Source: Bacteroidales bacterium
GTDB lineage: Bacteria > Bacteroidota > Bacteroidia > Bacteroidales > UBA3663
Assembly: GCA_045628985.1 (NCBI GenBank)
Contig: JAZQQH010000029.1
Span: 7,140 to 71,139, forward strand
Length of the DNA: 64,000 bases
Direction of reading: 5' to 3'
A program made the position numbers and the translations under genes. Position 1 is the stretch's first letter, and every line of letters starts with the position of its first letter. The notes beneath the pieces are model-generated. The model did no database searches. It was not told the origin of the DNA and worked only from the letters and a program-made list of their open reading frames with translations. Below are positions 46,467-55,376 of the stretch, piece after piece.

Positions 46467-47234
46467 ATGTTTTTAGACTTTATTTTTCATCGCAAACGAG
46501 AGATGCTTCCCTTACCGTATAAGCGAGAGTTGCATTGCCATATTATTCCTGGCGTGGACGATGGTTCGCCCGAATTGCAATTTTCTCTTCAATATCTGAA
46601 AGCTCTTTCGGAAATGGGTCTCGAGCGTGTAGTCTTCACACCACACCACACTGAGCCCAGTTTTATGAATACGCCCAGCAAGATTTTGCCCATCTTCAAC
46701 GAACTGAAAGATGCGGTTGCCGACGCTCAGATCCCTATCGATTGTGAGGGGTTCAGCTTCGAGTATCGCCTTGATGAGAGTTTCCTGCACATGATGGAGA
46801 CAGGCAATTATGGGGATCCTAATTGTGAATTGCGTCCTCTCAAAGATCGTTACATTCTGGTCGAGAATAGCTTCAATCAGCCTCTGCTCAACCTCGAGGA
46901 TGTCATCCTCAAGCTACAGGATAAAGGTTGGTATGTTATCATGGCTCACCCTGAGCGCTTCCACTACTACACACGTCGCGGTCTCCGTCCGTTCGAGACC
47001 CTGATCAATGCAGGTGTGGAATTGCAGTGTAACTTGCTCAGCTTCAGTGGTTATTATGGCGAGAGCACGCAGAAGACTGCCTATCGACTGATGGACGAAG
47101 GCATGATCAGTTTCATTGGCTCTGACCTCCACAACAAGCATCATATCGACCTGATCAAGAAGTTCTTGAGTTCGAAGGAGTATGCCGAGATTCGTCCAGA
47201 ATTGGTTGCTCAGATCTCGAACGATAAGATGTAA
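46467..47234 (+). CDS. PHP-family protein-tyrosine phosphatase (CpsB/YwqE-like)
   Basis: HCHIIPGVDDGS N-terminal metal-binding motif, then HPERF and GSDLHN motifs. Confidence 0.85.
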   Translation: MFLDFIFHRKREMLPLPYKRELHCHIIPGVDDGSPELQFSLQYLKALSEMGLERVVFTPHHTEPSFMNTPSKILPIFNELKDAVADAQIPIDCEGFSFEYRLDESFLHMMETGNYGDPNCELRPLKDRYILVENSFNQPLLNLEDVILKLQDKGWYVIMAHPERFHYYTRRGLRPFETLINAGVELQCNLLSFSGYYGESTQKTAYRLMDEGMISFIGSDLHNKHHIDLIKKFLSSKEYAEIRPELVAQISNDKM

Positions 47235-47277
47235 ATCGGTGTACTTGTATCACAAAAATAAAAGTTTGTCACATTAG

Positions 47278-47311
47278 TCGCATCTCAGTCTCATAGATGC
47301 GACTTTTTTTT
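47278..47311 (+). terminator. Rho-independent terminator
   Basis: GTCGCATCT/AGATGCGAC stem is followed by TTTTTTTT. Confidence 0.75.
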
Positions 47312-47341
47312 GTCTAATAAACAATATTCTCTTTAGTTTTT

Positions 47342-47590
47342 GTCGTTGATGCTTCCCACATTGTCGTAAGCACATTCTTTTTGTCGTTGATGCTTCCCAC
47401 GTTGTCAGAAGCACATTCTTTTCGTCGTTGGCGCTTCCCACATTGTCGGAAGCACTTTCTTTTCACCGTTGATGCTTCCCCACATTGTCGGAAGCACTTT
47501 CTTTTCGTCGTTGATGCTTCCCACATTGTTGGAAGAACTTCTTTGTACTTGCAGATACTTCCCACATCGTCGGAAGAACTTTTTGGTACT
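47342..47590. repeat. Tandem array of about 6 copies of a 39-44-bp unit, each with a hairpin and T-rich tract
   Basis: The unit is GTCGTTGATGCTTCCCACATTGTCGGAAGCACTTTCTTTTC, with stem TGCTTCC/GGAAGCA. Copies degenerate toward the 3' end. Confidence 0.9.
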
Positions 47591-47707
47591 CAGGATACGT
47601 CCTGTCTATTTGTTATTATATAATATGAGATTCGTCCTAAAGAGGGAAAAACGTTCAGTGTCAACAAAAAATCAACGAAAGGACTTGATATATTGACAGA
47701 ATATATG

Positions 47708-47715
47708 TACATTTG
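47708..47715 (+). promoter_or_regulatory. -7 promoter box TAcaTTTG
   Basis: GTACATTTGCGCC lies about 25 nt upstream of the ATG at 47739. Confidence 0.5.
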
Positions 47716-47738
47716 CGCCAAAAAATAAACATGGAGTT

Positions 47739-49385
47739 ATGAATATGCGATATACTTTTTATTCAGTTTTGGTTCTGCTGATGAGCCAGATGTCATCCTG
47801 CCAGCATAAAGTACATTATCTGGAGGGGCTGACTGAGGCCGAGATAATATCGGCACAAGATCCCAGACGGGCAGTAGAGATGGTCGATTCGTTAGCTTCG
47901 TTTGTCAACTCAGAGGACGAAGGTCAGTGGGCTGATTACGCACTGATTCGCACCAAGGTCTATGACCGTGCCTATATTCGTCATACATCAGATAGCACCA
48001 TCCTTAGAGTGATAGATTATTACGAGAAACATCCCGAAGAAGATCGGTTGGCGTGGGCTTATTGTTATGCAGGACGTGTGTATCGGGATTTGGGCGATTC
48101 ACCACGGGCAATGGTGTACTTTCAGCGTTCGCTCGATGCCTCTACAGAGGGGGGAGATGCCAACCTCAGGGCTCGTGTTTTGAGCCAGATGGGGTATGTT
48201 TATAGCCGACAGGGACTCTATGCAGAGGCACGGGCAGTGAAACAGCAGGTATTAGCAATTGATAGCTTGAATGGTAATTGGGATAGAATGGTAGTAGGGT
48301 ACAAGGACTTGGCTCATTGTAGCTTCGCCTTGCATCAGCTGAATCAGGCCCAGCACTATATAGCCAGGGCGCTAGGCATCATTGAGAAGGAGAAACTGGA
48401 GAATCTCAAGCCCGAAGTGCAACTGCTCCAGGCTCGTATAGCCAACGAACAGGGACTTTATGATGAGGCACTGTCATTGCTTTGCCCATATCTGGCAGAT
48501 ACTACGCTGCTCGATCCTGTGCCCTATTGGGTAGCAGGATGTATTGCCTATCGGGGACTGAATAACGACAAGGAGGCAGAACAGTTGTGCTTGCAGATTT
48601 TGGCTGATGGTCGGAATATTCATGCCCGATATAAGGCGGCAAGGATGCTGACAGAAATAGCACAACGACATGGTAATCAGTCGCAAATGAATCTGTATCT
48701 GGGACTGAGCGCACAATGGCTCGATACCATAGCCTCGCAGCTCGACCAAAGCGAAGACATCAAGCAAATCAGCAGTTTGTATAGTTATCAGTTGCGAGAG
48801 AAGGAGAATAAATTATTGGCCGAAGAGGTGATAAAGTCACGTATCTGGCTGATTGTGTCTTTGCTGTCAATGCTTTGTGCTGTGCTGATATTAGCATTGG
48901 TTTGGCATCGGAACAAGCGAAGGCAGATGGCAATTCGGTTACAGAAAAGCCGCATTCAACAGCTTCAGACCGAGCTCTCAATGCGAGACCAATCGATAGA
49001 GGAACTCTCTGTGCAGCTATCTCTTCGTCGTGCCACGGCAGAGAATTTCGATGAGACGTTTCGCACTTCAGAGCTCTATTCGATGGTGAAAGGTCATATC
49101 AATAGCCAGACCGTACTCTCGGCGGGAGAATGGGAATCTTTGGTGCATTTCTTCGAGGAACATTTGCCTGAGTTCTTGCCTCACTTGCGCCAGCTATACG
49201 ACTTCTCGGAAGTAGAGTGGCGACTGTCGCTTCTGGTACGACTGTCGCTCAGGAACATAGAGATTGCTACACTGCTCTGCAAGCATCCATCGGCCATCAC
49301 CTATGCAAAAAAACGCCTCTGTATCAAGGTACTCAATACAGAGGCAAAGGCAGAGATATGGGATGAATTTGTGATGAAGTTGTAG
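47739..49385 (+). CDS. TPR-repeat / single-TM / C-terminal HTH (LuxR-like) one-component regulator candidate
   Basis: N-terminal lipoprotein-like signal and TPR-like repeats (AYCYAGRVYRDLGD, LSQMGYVYSRQG). A TM helix (WLIVSLLSMLCAVLILALVW) is followed by a C-terminal helix-turn-helix-like segment (IEIATLLCKHPSAITYAKKRL). Confidence 0.65.
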   Translation: MNMRYTFYSVLVLLMSQMSSCQHKVHYLEGLTEAEIISAQDPRRAVEMVDSLASFVNSEDEGQWADYALIRTKVYDRAYIRHTSDSTILRVIDYYEKHPEEDRLAWAYCYAGRVYRDLGDSPRAMVYFQRSLDASTEGGDANLRARVLSQMGYVYSRQGLYAEARAVKQQVLAIDSLNGNWDRMVVGYKDLAHCSFALHQLNQAQHYIARALGIIEKEKLENLKPEVQLLQARIANEQGLYDEALSLLCPYLADTTLLDPVPYWVAGCIAYRGLNNDKEAEQLCLQILADGRNIHARYKAARMLTEIAQRHGNQSQMNLYLGLSAQWLDTIASQLDQSEDIKQISSLYSYQLREKENKLLAEEVIKSRIWLIVSLLSMLCAVLILALVWHRNKRRQMAIRLQKSRIQQLQTELSMRDQSIEELSVQLSLRRATAENFDETFRTSELYSMVKGHINSQTVLSAGEWESLVHFFEEHLPEFLPHLRQLYDFSEVEWRLSLLVRLSLRNIEIATLLCKHPSAITYAKKRLCIKVLNTEAKAEIWDEFVMKL

Positions 49386-49440
49386 CACCGTTCGTGTGCT
49401 GTAGGTCGGTAAATAGTGTGCTTACTAGAAGGGGGCTGGT

Positions 49441-50769
49441 TCACTCTTTCTGGCGGTAGTAGGAATAGTAAGCTTCGTCTGAGAACTGATCAGCCGATAT
49501 ATCTCGCAATCGGTAGGTGATTACTTGATCTTCGCTGACAAAGACCTTCAACAGCAAAGTGCCGGCATCGAATGCAAAGGGCTGGTCTGTATAGCATTGA
49601 CGGGTAGTAACATCGCCCGAGGAGTACGTGATTGTGAGCCACATGGACAAGGTGTTATTCTCTGCAAATCTCCAATATTCAGTTTCATGTCCCTCCTTAT
49701 AGCAGACCCAGGTGCCATAGAGTAGGGCATTGTCATTGGTAGTGTCATTACCCTCCGAATCAAACTCCTTGATGCTGTTGAACCGATTCCAGGGGGCGAT
49801 GTCATGATAGGCGGTCAGCGACCCTTGGGGCACTCGGAGGGTGCCATAGATGCGGCTGTTGTTCGAGTTGTAGAAGTGGAATGCTTCAGGATGACAATCG
49901 GGTGGCGTGGGATTGAGTATTCTGACCGAAGTGAGATCGTGACATTCGGCAAAGGCATCTTCGTCTATTGAAGAGATTGATGCCGGTAACGTGATTCCTT
50001 GAAGATGAGCACCATGGAATGCAGAATGTCCTATCGACCGTAATCCGTCGGAGAATTGAATCTCGGTTAAGTTTAGGCACCCGATGAAGCTATATTCGCC
50101 AATATGCTTCACTCCATCTGAAAGAATGACACTGGAGAGCTGCTCGTTGTAGGCGAAGGCAAAAGGTGGGATTGTATCAATGCCATTGGGTATGACCGCC
50201 TCCTTGAACAGCTCACCATTGATCAGCATCTGGCATCCTTGGCAGATTAGAGGGGAGCTGTTTCCATCGTCGAACTTAATACTGCATAGCGATTTGTAAC
50301 TGGCATAATTGACACTCTCCAGCAGTCCATAGATGAAGGCTCCTTCGCCAATATGCCTCATATTTTCGGGGATGGAAATCGTACGGATGCCTTTATTGTA
50401 CCCAGAATAATAATCGTCAAGAGTTCTGGCAAAGGCTAGGCGCTCGATGCTTGTCACCTTGAGGTCTTTGTTCCTATAGGCCACGGTATTGGGAATGTTC
50501 AGATCGCCCGTGTAATTGCCGCGAGCAACTTCGCATTCGTCGGCATTGAGTCGGTTGTAATGAATCAGCACACCGTCGGCATTCTTGGCTGTGAAGGTAG
50601 CATCCCAATGGGTATCATCGTCAGTGCTGGGACTTCCACCAATGACGTCTGGACGCTCTTCTGTACCACCAGCGTTATCGTCGATGGTGGGGTCGCTGGA
50701 ACAAGCGCTTGTGATACAGAACAAGAGTAATGTCCATATTCGGGTAGATAGGGTATGATTCTGTAACAT
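49441..50769 (-). CDS. BspA-type leucine-rich repeat lipoprotein
   Basis: Lipobox ITSAC and repeated about 23-aa LRR units (SVILSDGVKHIGEYSFIGCLNLTEIQFSDGLRSIGHSAF). A promoter box lies at 50823-50830 (minus strand). Confidence 0.8.
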   Translation of the reverse strand: MLQNHTLSTRIWTLLLFCITSACSSDPTIDDNAGGTEERPDVIGGSPSTDDDTHWDATFTAKNADGVLIHYNRLNADECEVARGNYTGDLNIPNTVAYRNKDLKVTSIERLAFARTLDDYYSGYNKGIRTISIPENMRHIGEGAFIYGLLESVNYASYKSLCSIKFDDGNSSPLICQGCQMLINGELFKEAVIPNGIDTIPPFAFAYNEQLSSVILSDGVKHIGEYSFIGCLNLTEIQFSDGLRSIGHSAFHGAHLQGITLPASISSIDEDAFAECHDLTSVRILNPTPPDCHPEAFHFYNSNNSRIYGTLRVPQGSLTAYHDIAPWNRFNSIKEFDSEGNDTTNDNALLYGTWVCYKEGHETEYWRFAENNTLSMWLTITYSSGDVTTRQCYTDQPFAFDAGTLLLKVFVSEDQVITYRLRDISADQFSDEAYYSYYRQKE

Positions 50770-50915
50770 ATTGTATTCCGTTTTTTAGGTGTAATAATTC
50801 TGTTTTTGTTTATATGTTGCGGCAAAGATAGTGCATTTCCTACGATAAAGCAAGTTTTGTGGTTGTTTTTTTGTTGACAAAGTCGAAATTCCTCTTTGGG
50901 GTATAGAAATGAAAG

Positions 50916-51893
50916 TTAATATAGATAGGATAGAGGCTTGAATCGTCGGGCCCAATAGATTAATAGATAGGCAATAAGGGTGGAGAGGATAATGGTGACC
51001 AAGAATTCGCACATTCCAAAGTCCTGTGACCTCAGATGGACCAGATAGAGGGTGTGAAAGGCTGTGACTATGGGAAAATGAATGAAAAATACAAGGATGC
51101 TTATTCGACGTAGTAATACTAATCTGGGCTTCGGTTGTTCATTGGTGACCTGCATGCAGAGTGCCGGTAGGATGATGGCGGCAATGCCCATCGGCACGAA
51201 ATAGCCTGATGGTAGAAAGCATAAGCCGATCAAGGAGAGGAAGAGCAAGCCCTTGAGATATTGGACAGAGCATTTGTCGCGAACGATTGGCAACAGATAG
51301 TACCCTGCCTCGATCCAGACAAAACTGCGAACAATGCTGAAATAGCTCTCGAACTGAAAGCCCTCGGTACTGTTGGGATAGTAGATGCTGAGGTAATCGG
51401 ACATTCCTTCGTAATGAACCAACGAAAAGTATGCCCATATCGCCATAGATATGCAGAAAACCAGTGTGCGAGGTAAATAACGGTTGAGCCCGTAACATAG
51501 CCACACACCATAGATGAGCGAAAGGATGAACCAGGACCCCTGCGCAAAGCCCGTCAAGGCAACTTTGGGTAATAATAGGAGCAGCCAGTCGTCGGGATTG
51601 TGACGTATGAACTTAGATAGCCAATGGGGGAAGAGCAGGATGCCCCAGAGCAGGACTAAGAGCATTAGTCTTCGGGTGAAGTGGAGTAGATGGCACATAT
51701 CTTGCTGGTTCCATTGTATCTTGTGCCAAAACAAGGCAGATGAGATTACAAAGAAGAGGGGGACATAGAGGTTCTGGAAGTTGAGATAATGCTGATTTAT
51801 GCTAGTACAATCAACAAATGGTTGGGTGTGGATACTGACAATGCCAATGCTACAAAGGTACTTCAGCACGTCTAGCCAGGGATAATGTTTCAT
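50916..51893 (-). CDS. Acyltransferase family 3 membrane protein
   Basis: 325-aa polytopic protein with N-terminus WLDVLKYLCSIGIVSIH, typical of Acyl_transf_3. A promoter box lies at 51923-51930 (minus strand). Confidence 0.7.
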   Translation of the reverse strand: MKHYPWLDVLKYLCSIGIVSIHTQPFVDCTSINQHYLNFQNLYVPLFFVISSALFWHKIQWNQQDMCHLLHFTRRLMLLVLLWGILLFPHWLSKFIRHNPDDWLLLLLPKVALTGFAQGSWFILSLIYGVWLCYGLNRYLPRTLVFCISMAIWAYFSLVHYEGMSDYLSIYYPNSTEGFQFESYFSIVRSFVWIEAGYYLLPIVRDKCSVQYLKGLLFLSLIGLCFLPSGYFVPMGIAAIILPALCMQVTNEQPKPRLVLLRRISILVFFIHFPIVTAFHTLYLVHLRSQDFGMCEFLVTIILSTLIAYLLIYWARRFKPLSYLY

Positions 51894-52060
51894 CGGAATA
51901 AAGGTTTGCTGTTTTTTCGATGCAAAGATAGCCCATCGATGGCAGAATACCTAATAATTCCGTTGGCGATATATTGACAAATGAAAAGGGACGTGACAAA
52001 TGATTGACACGCCCCTTATATAGGTTTATCTGGAGTTCTCCAGCTTTGACTTGGTCGGTA

Positions 52061-54130
52061 TTATTGCTCGATCACGATGCCGTCGTTAGTTGGGATGACG
52101 AGCTTCACGGTGCCCTTTTTGCTCGGCTTTATGGTCGAGGTGGTTGGTACATCACCGCCGCTGATCAGGGAGATAGGTTTATCGGTTGGGAGCCAAGAGA
52201 GGTCGAGGTCAAGGTAGAGAGGATGGCTCTGGGCATTGACAGCACCGATATACCATTGGTCGCCATGACGACGAGCCAGCACCATGTATTTGCCTGGATA
52301 GCCGTCGATGAAGCGAATCTCATCCCAGGTAGTAGGCACTCGGCGCATGAATTCCATCGAGACTGCAGGAGCATCCTCGAGGTTGTTAGGTGCCAGAGCG
52401 AAGTTCTGAATAGGATTCTGGAAGAGGACGGCAGTGGCCAGACTGAAGGTCGAGGTTGTGCGTCGGGTATTGACATGACGACCCTCGCGAGGCTTGTTCT
52501 CCTTGTTCATATACTTGTTCTGGAACGAACCGCCAAACTCCATACAGCCAATGGCATTGCGGCAGACTGGGTGCAGAGTAGCACACTGGGCCTCGATGTC
52601 GCAGAAGTCCTGACCGAAGTAGATATTCTCAGAGGCGAGCACAGCCTCGGATCCTACGTAGTTGGGGTACATGCGCTCCCAGCCACGAGGGATGGTACAG
52701 CCGTGGAAGATGACTGTCAGATCATAGTCGTTGGCATCGCTGAGAATCTCCTCGTATAGACGGATGGTCTCTTGCTTGTCTCCGCCGAAGAAGTCAACCT
52801 TGATGCCCTTCACGCCCTGTTCCTTCATCCACTTCATCTCGCGCTTGCGCACAATGCTATTGTCCATCTTGCAGATAGGACCTTGCACGATGTCGTTCCA
52901 ATAACCGCTCGAACTGTACCAGAGCATGATATCAACACCTTGGCTGTGAGCATATTCGATGAGTTTCTCTATGCTCTTGTTCGGATCCTTGGCTGTGCCG
53001 TCGGCGTTTTTGCCTATATTCGTGTCCCACCAGTTATCGACCAGAGCATACTCATAGCCCATGGCCTTAGCCAGGTCGATGTACTTACAGAGATCGTCGA
53101 AGTTGATCGAGTCGTCCTGCCATAAGATCCAGCTCCAGGTGCCACGACCCATCTTGTAGGTTTGTGAAGGCTCGTAGAGTGGACGTACGTTGTCCCATGG
53201 AATCGTGGTTTCGGCAATAGGCTTCAGGGTGTGTCCAATGGTAATGGTGCGCCAAGGAGTAGCGCCTGGCAGGGCAATGGCGGCATCGGTAGTGCCTATG
53301 CCGTTGTTCTCTTCCGCCATGGGGTAGGTGACGGTATAGGTATCGAGATGAGCTCCTGCAAAGATGCTATTTTCAGTAAGAGGATTGTGGTGTACATCGC
53401 TGAGGTGTGAGGCACAATAGTGGCTGTCCAGGCCAGTCTCGCTCACCAGTATCCAGAGCTCGTTTTCGCTCTTCGTGGCTTTCATACTCCAGTTGTGGTC
53501 CTGTACGTGGAAGAGAGCAGGGAAGGTGTAGCCATGTCCGTACTGAGACATCTGGCTCATCGGAGCATCCCATTGGTAGAGTTCCTCATAGCTGGGCTTA
53601 GTGCGTTTCCAACCAATCATTGCATCGCTCTGTGGCGTGAGGAAGGTAGTTGTGCCTTCGGGAAAACAGAAGCTGGTAGCCTCGCTGGAGACACGTACAC
53701 TACCCGTTTCGCCTACTTTGGGGAGTAGGTAGCGTAGGGCAACGTTGTCATTGCTGACACGCAGTTCGACCTGAAGCTGCTTCGTTCCTTGGGCGTCGGC
53801 AAAATCACAGAGCATTCGGTTGGCAACATAGTGCACCTGGCTGACCTTCGAGCGATCGAGCGAATATTGTTCGTCAATCTGCGTATGGTCGGCGTGGGTG
53901 AGTACTAATCGACGGGTGAGGTCTTGCTCGTTGGTGGTGAGTCCAAGAGCTGAGGCCTTGATGGCCTGAATACCATCGTATGTAACGTCGTATGCGGGAT
54001 GTCCGTGCATATTCTGCACTTTGACCACCAGCCGACCATCTGGACTTGTAACAGTTGCATCAATCTGCTCGGTTTGAGCAAGTAGCGGAGCGGAAGTTAG
54101 GACCGCAAGGAGCGATAGGAGTGTCTTCAT
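52061..54130 (-). CDS. Glycoside hydrolase family 97 (alpha-glucosidase/alpha-galactosidase type)
   Basis: 689 aa with a signal peptide. The N-terminus SPDGRLVVKV...YDVTYDG and the central (beta/alpha)8 region fit GH97. A promoter box lies at 54179-54186 (minus strand). Confidence 0.8.
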   Translation of the reverse strand: MKTLLSLLAVLTSAPLLAQTEQIDATVTSPDGRLVVKVQNMHGHPAYDVTYDGIQAIKASALGLTTNEQDLTRRLVLTHADHTQIDEQYSLDRSKVSQVHYVANRMLCDFADAQGTKQLQVELRVSNDNVALRYLLPKVGETGSVRVSSEATSFCFPEGTTTFLTPQSDAMIGWKRTKPSYEELYQWDAPMSQMSQYGHGYTFPALFHVQDHNWSMKATKSENELWILVSETGLDSHYCASHLSDVHHNPLTENSIFAGAHLDTYTVTYPMAEENNGIGTTDAAIALPGATPWRTITIGHTLKPIAETTIPWDNVRPLYEPSQTYKMGRGTWSWILWQDDSINFDDLCKYIDLAKAMGYEYALVDNWWDTNIGKNADGTAKDPNKSIEKLIEYAHSQGVDIMLWYSSSGYWNDIVQGPICKMDNSIVRKREMKWMKEQGVKGIKVDFFGGDKQETIRLYEEILSDANDYDLTVIFHGCTIPRGWERMYPNYVGSEAVLASENIYFGQDFCDIEAQCATLHPVCRNAIGCMEFGGSFQNKYMNKENKPREGRHVNTRRTTSTFSLATAVLFQNPIQNFALAPNNLEDAPAVSMEFMRRVPTTWDEIRFIDGYPGKYMVLARRHGDQWYIGAVNAQSHPLYLDLDLSWLPTDKPISLISGGDVPTTSTIKPSKKGTVKLVIPTNDGIVIEQ

Positions 54131-54323
54131 AATAATTTATAAATGGTAAAATATGTTTTTAGTGGTAAATAATTGCGACAAATATAGGCAATTCTTCGGA
54201 CATAGAGCATAAAAATTGCTGAAAAAACGGCTTTAGGCTTTATTTATTATATATAATGAGGGGGAAAGATAGCAAAAACGAGAGAAAGTAGGGCAAAAAT
54301 TTGTCATTCTTGATAAAAATACG

Positions 54324-54331
54324 TACTTTTG
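54324..54331 (+). promoter_or_regulatory. -7 promoter box TActTTTG for the ECF module
   Basis: GTACTTTTGTGACC lies about 75 nt upstream of the ATG at 54406. Confidence 0.5.
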
Positions 54332-54405
54332 TGACCGCAATTTAAAATAAAGGAGTTACTCAGTTGTCTTACCCTATAGAAAGACAACATTGAAATCTTG
54401 AAATT

Positions 54406-54765
54406 ATGACTATATTACAAAAACATCTGGTGTTTATTCCCCTGTTCTTACTGGTCATTGCGACCTTGCTAGGTGCATTGGTTATGCTGTTGTGGAACTG
54501 GCTCATGCCCGATATCTTTGGGCTTCCAGCTCTCAGCTTCTGGCAGGCGGTGGGACTGTTGGTGCTGTGCAAGGTGCTGTTTGGTGGCTTGGGTATGGGT
54601 GGACATCATCATGGTCATCACCATCATAAGCATGGGCACTGCGGCTGCAATGATGGGCAGAACAAGTTGCGAGAGCGTTGGGAGCAGATGTCCCCCGAGG
54701 AGCGTCAGCGAATCATAGAACTGCATAAGTGTAACGATACGGAAGCAGCTCCGGATGGAAAATAA
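54406..54765 (+). CDS. Small membrane protein with His/Cys-rich segment (GGHHHGHHHHKHGHCGC)
   Basis: 119 aa with two predicted TM helices, then the metal-binding-like tract. It overlaps the ECF sigma gene by 11 nt. Confidence 0.65.
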   Translation: MTILQKHLVFIPLFLLVIATLLGALVMLLWNWLMPDIFGLPALSFWQAVGLLVLCKVLFGGLGMGGHHHGHHHHKHGHCGCNDGQNKLRERWEQMSPEERQRIIELHKCNDTEAAPDGK

Positions 54766-55312
54766 GGAACTTGATGACCTCATCAAGCAGCAAACACCCA
54801 GGTTGCGAGCCTTCGTCAGAGGTCGAGTGAGTAATCGTGAGGACGCTGACGACATTGTACAAGATACGTTCTATCAGCTGGTACGCACTATTCGCTTACT
54901 CGATAATCCCATCGGTCAGGTGACGTCATGGCTCTACACAGTGGCTCATAACCTCATCGTAAATCACGATAAGAAGCAACGTGAGGAGCCTTGGCCAGAA
55001 CAGAGTGGCCAGGACGATGATAGCTATCTGGACGACCTGTCGGAAATCATGATATCGAGCGACACCGATAACCCCGACATCAAGCTACTGCGAAAGATGG
55101 TATGGCAGGAACTGGAAAAGGCTCTGGCAGAATTGCCCGCCGAGCAACGTCAGGCAATTGTCCTGACCGAAGTGGATGGCCTTGCAGTAAAGGATGCCGC
55201 CGATCGTGTCGGCGTCTCATTGGGCACATTCCTATCGCGCAAGCATTATGCAGTTTTGCATATTCGCAAACGGCTGAAAGTGCTTTACCGAGAGTTGTCG
55301 GGTGAATTATGA
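54755..55312 (+). CDS. ECF-type RNA polymerase sigma-70 factor
   Basis: Region 2 (DADDIVQDTFYQLV, SWLYTVAHNLIVN) and region 4 (LPAEQRQAIVLTEVDGLAVKDAADRVGVSLGTFLSR). Confidence 0.9.
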   Translation: MENKELDDLIKQQTPRLRAFVRGRVSNREDADDIVQDTFYQLVRTIRLLDNPIGQVTSWLYTVAHNLIVNHDKKQREEPWPEQSGQDDDSYLDDLSEIMISSDTDNPDIKLLRKMVWQELEKALAELPAEQRQAIVLTEVDGLAVKDAADRVGVSLGTFLSRKHYAVLHIRKRLKVLYRELSGEL

Positions 55313-55376
55313 GCATATATGCAGCTCATGCCTGACAGCTTCAAGTCAATTATGAATTCTCTTTTTTCAATTTAAT

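Noticed and set aside
47314-47696. Repeat-encoded ORFs (47314-47565 minus; 47381-47623 and 47469-47696 plus) as possible repeat peptides
   Set aside because: Open frames exist on both strands and in several frames only because the unit lacks stops. The frames drift with the variable unit length (39-44 bp). No promoter or sensible start context is present.
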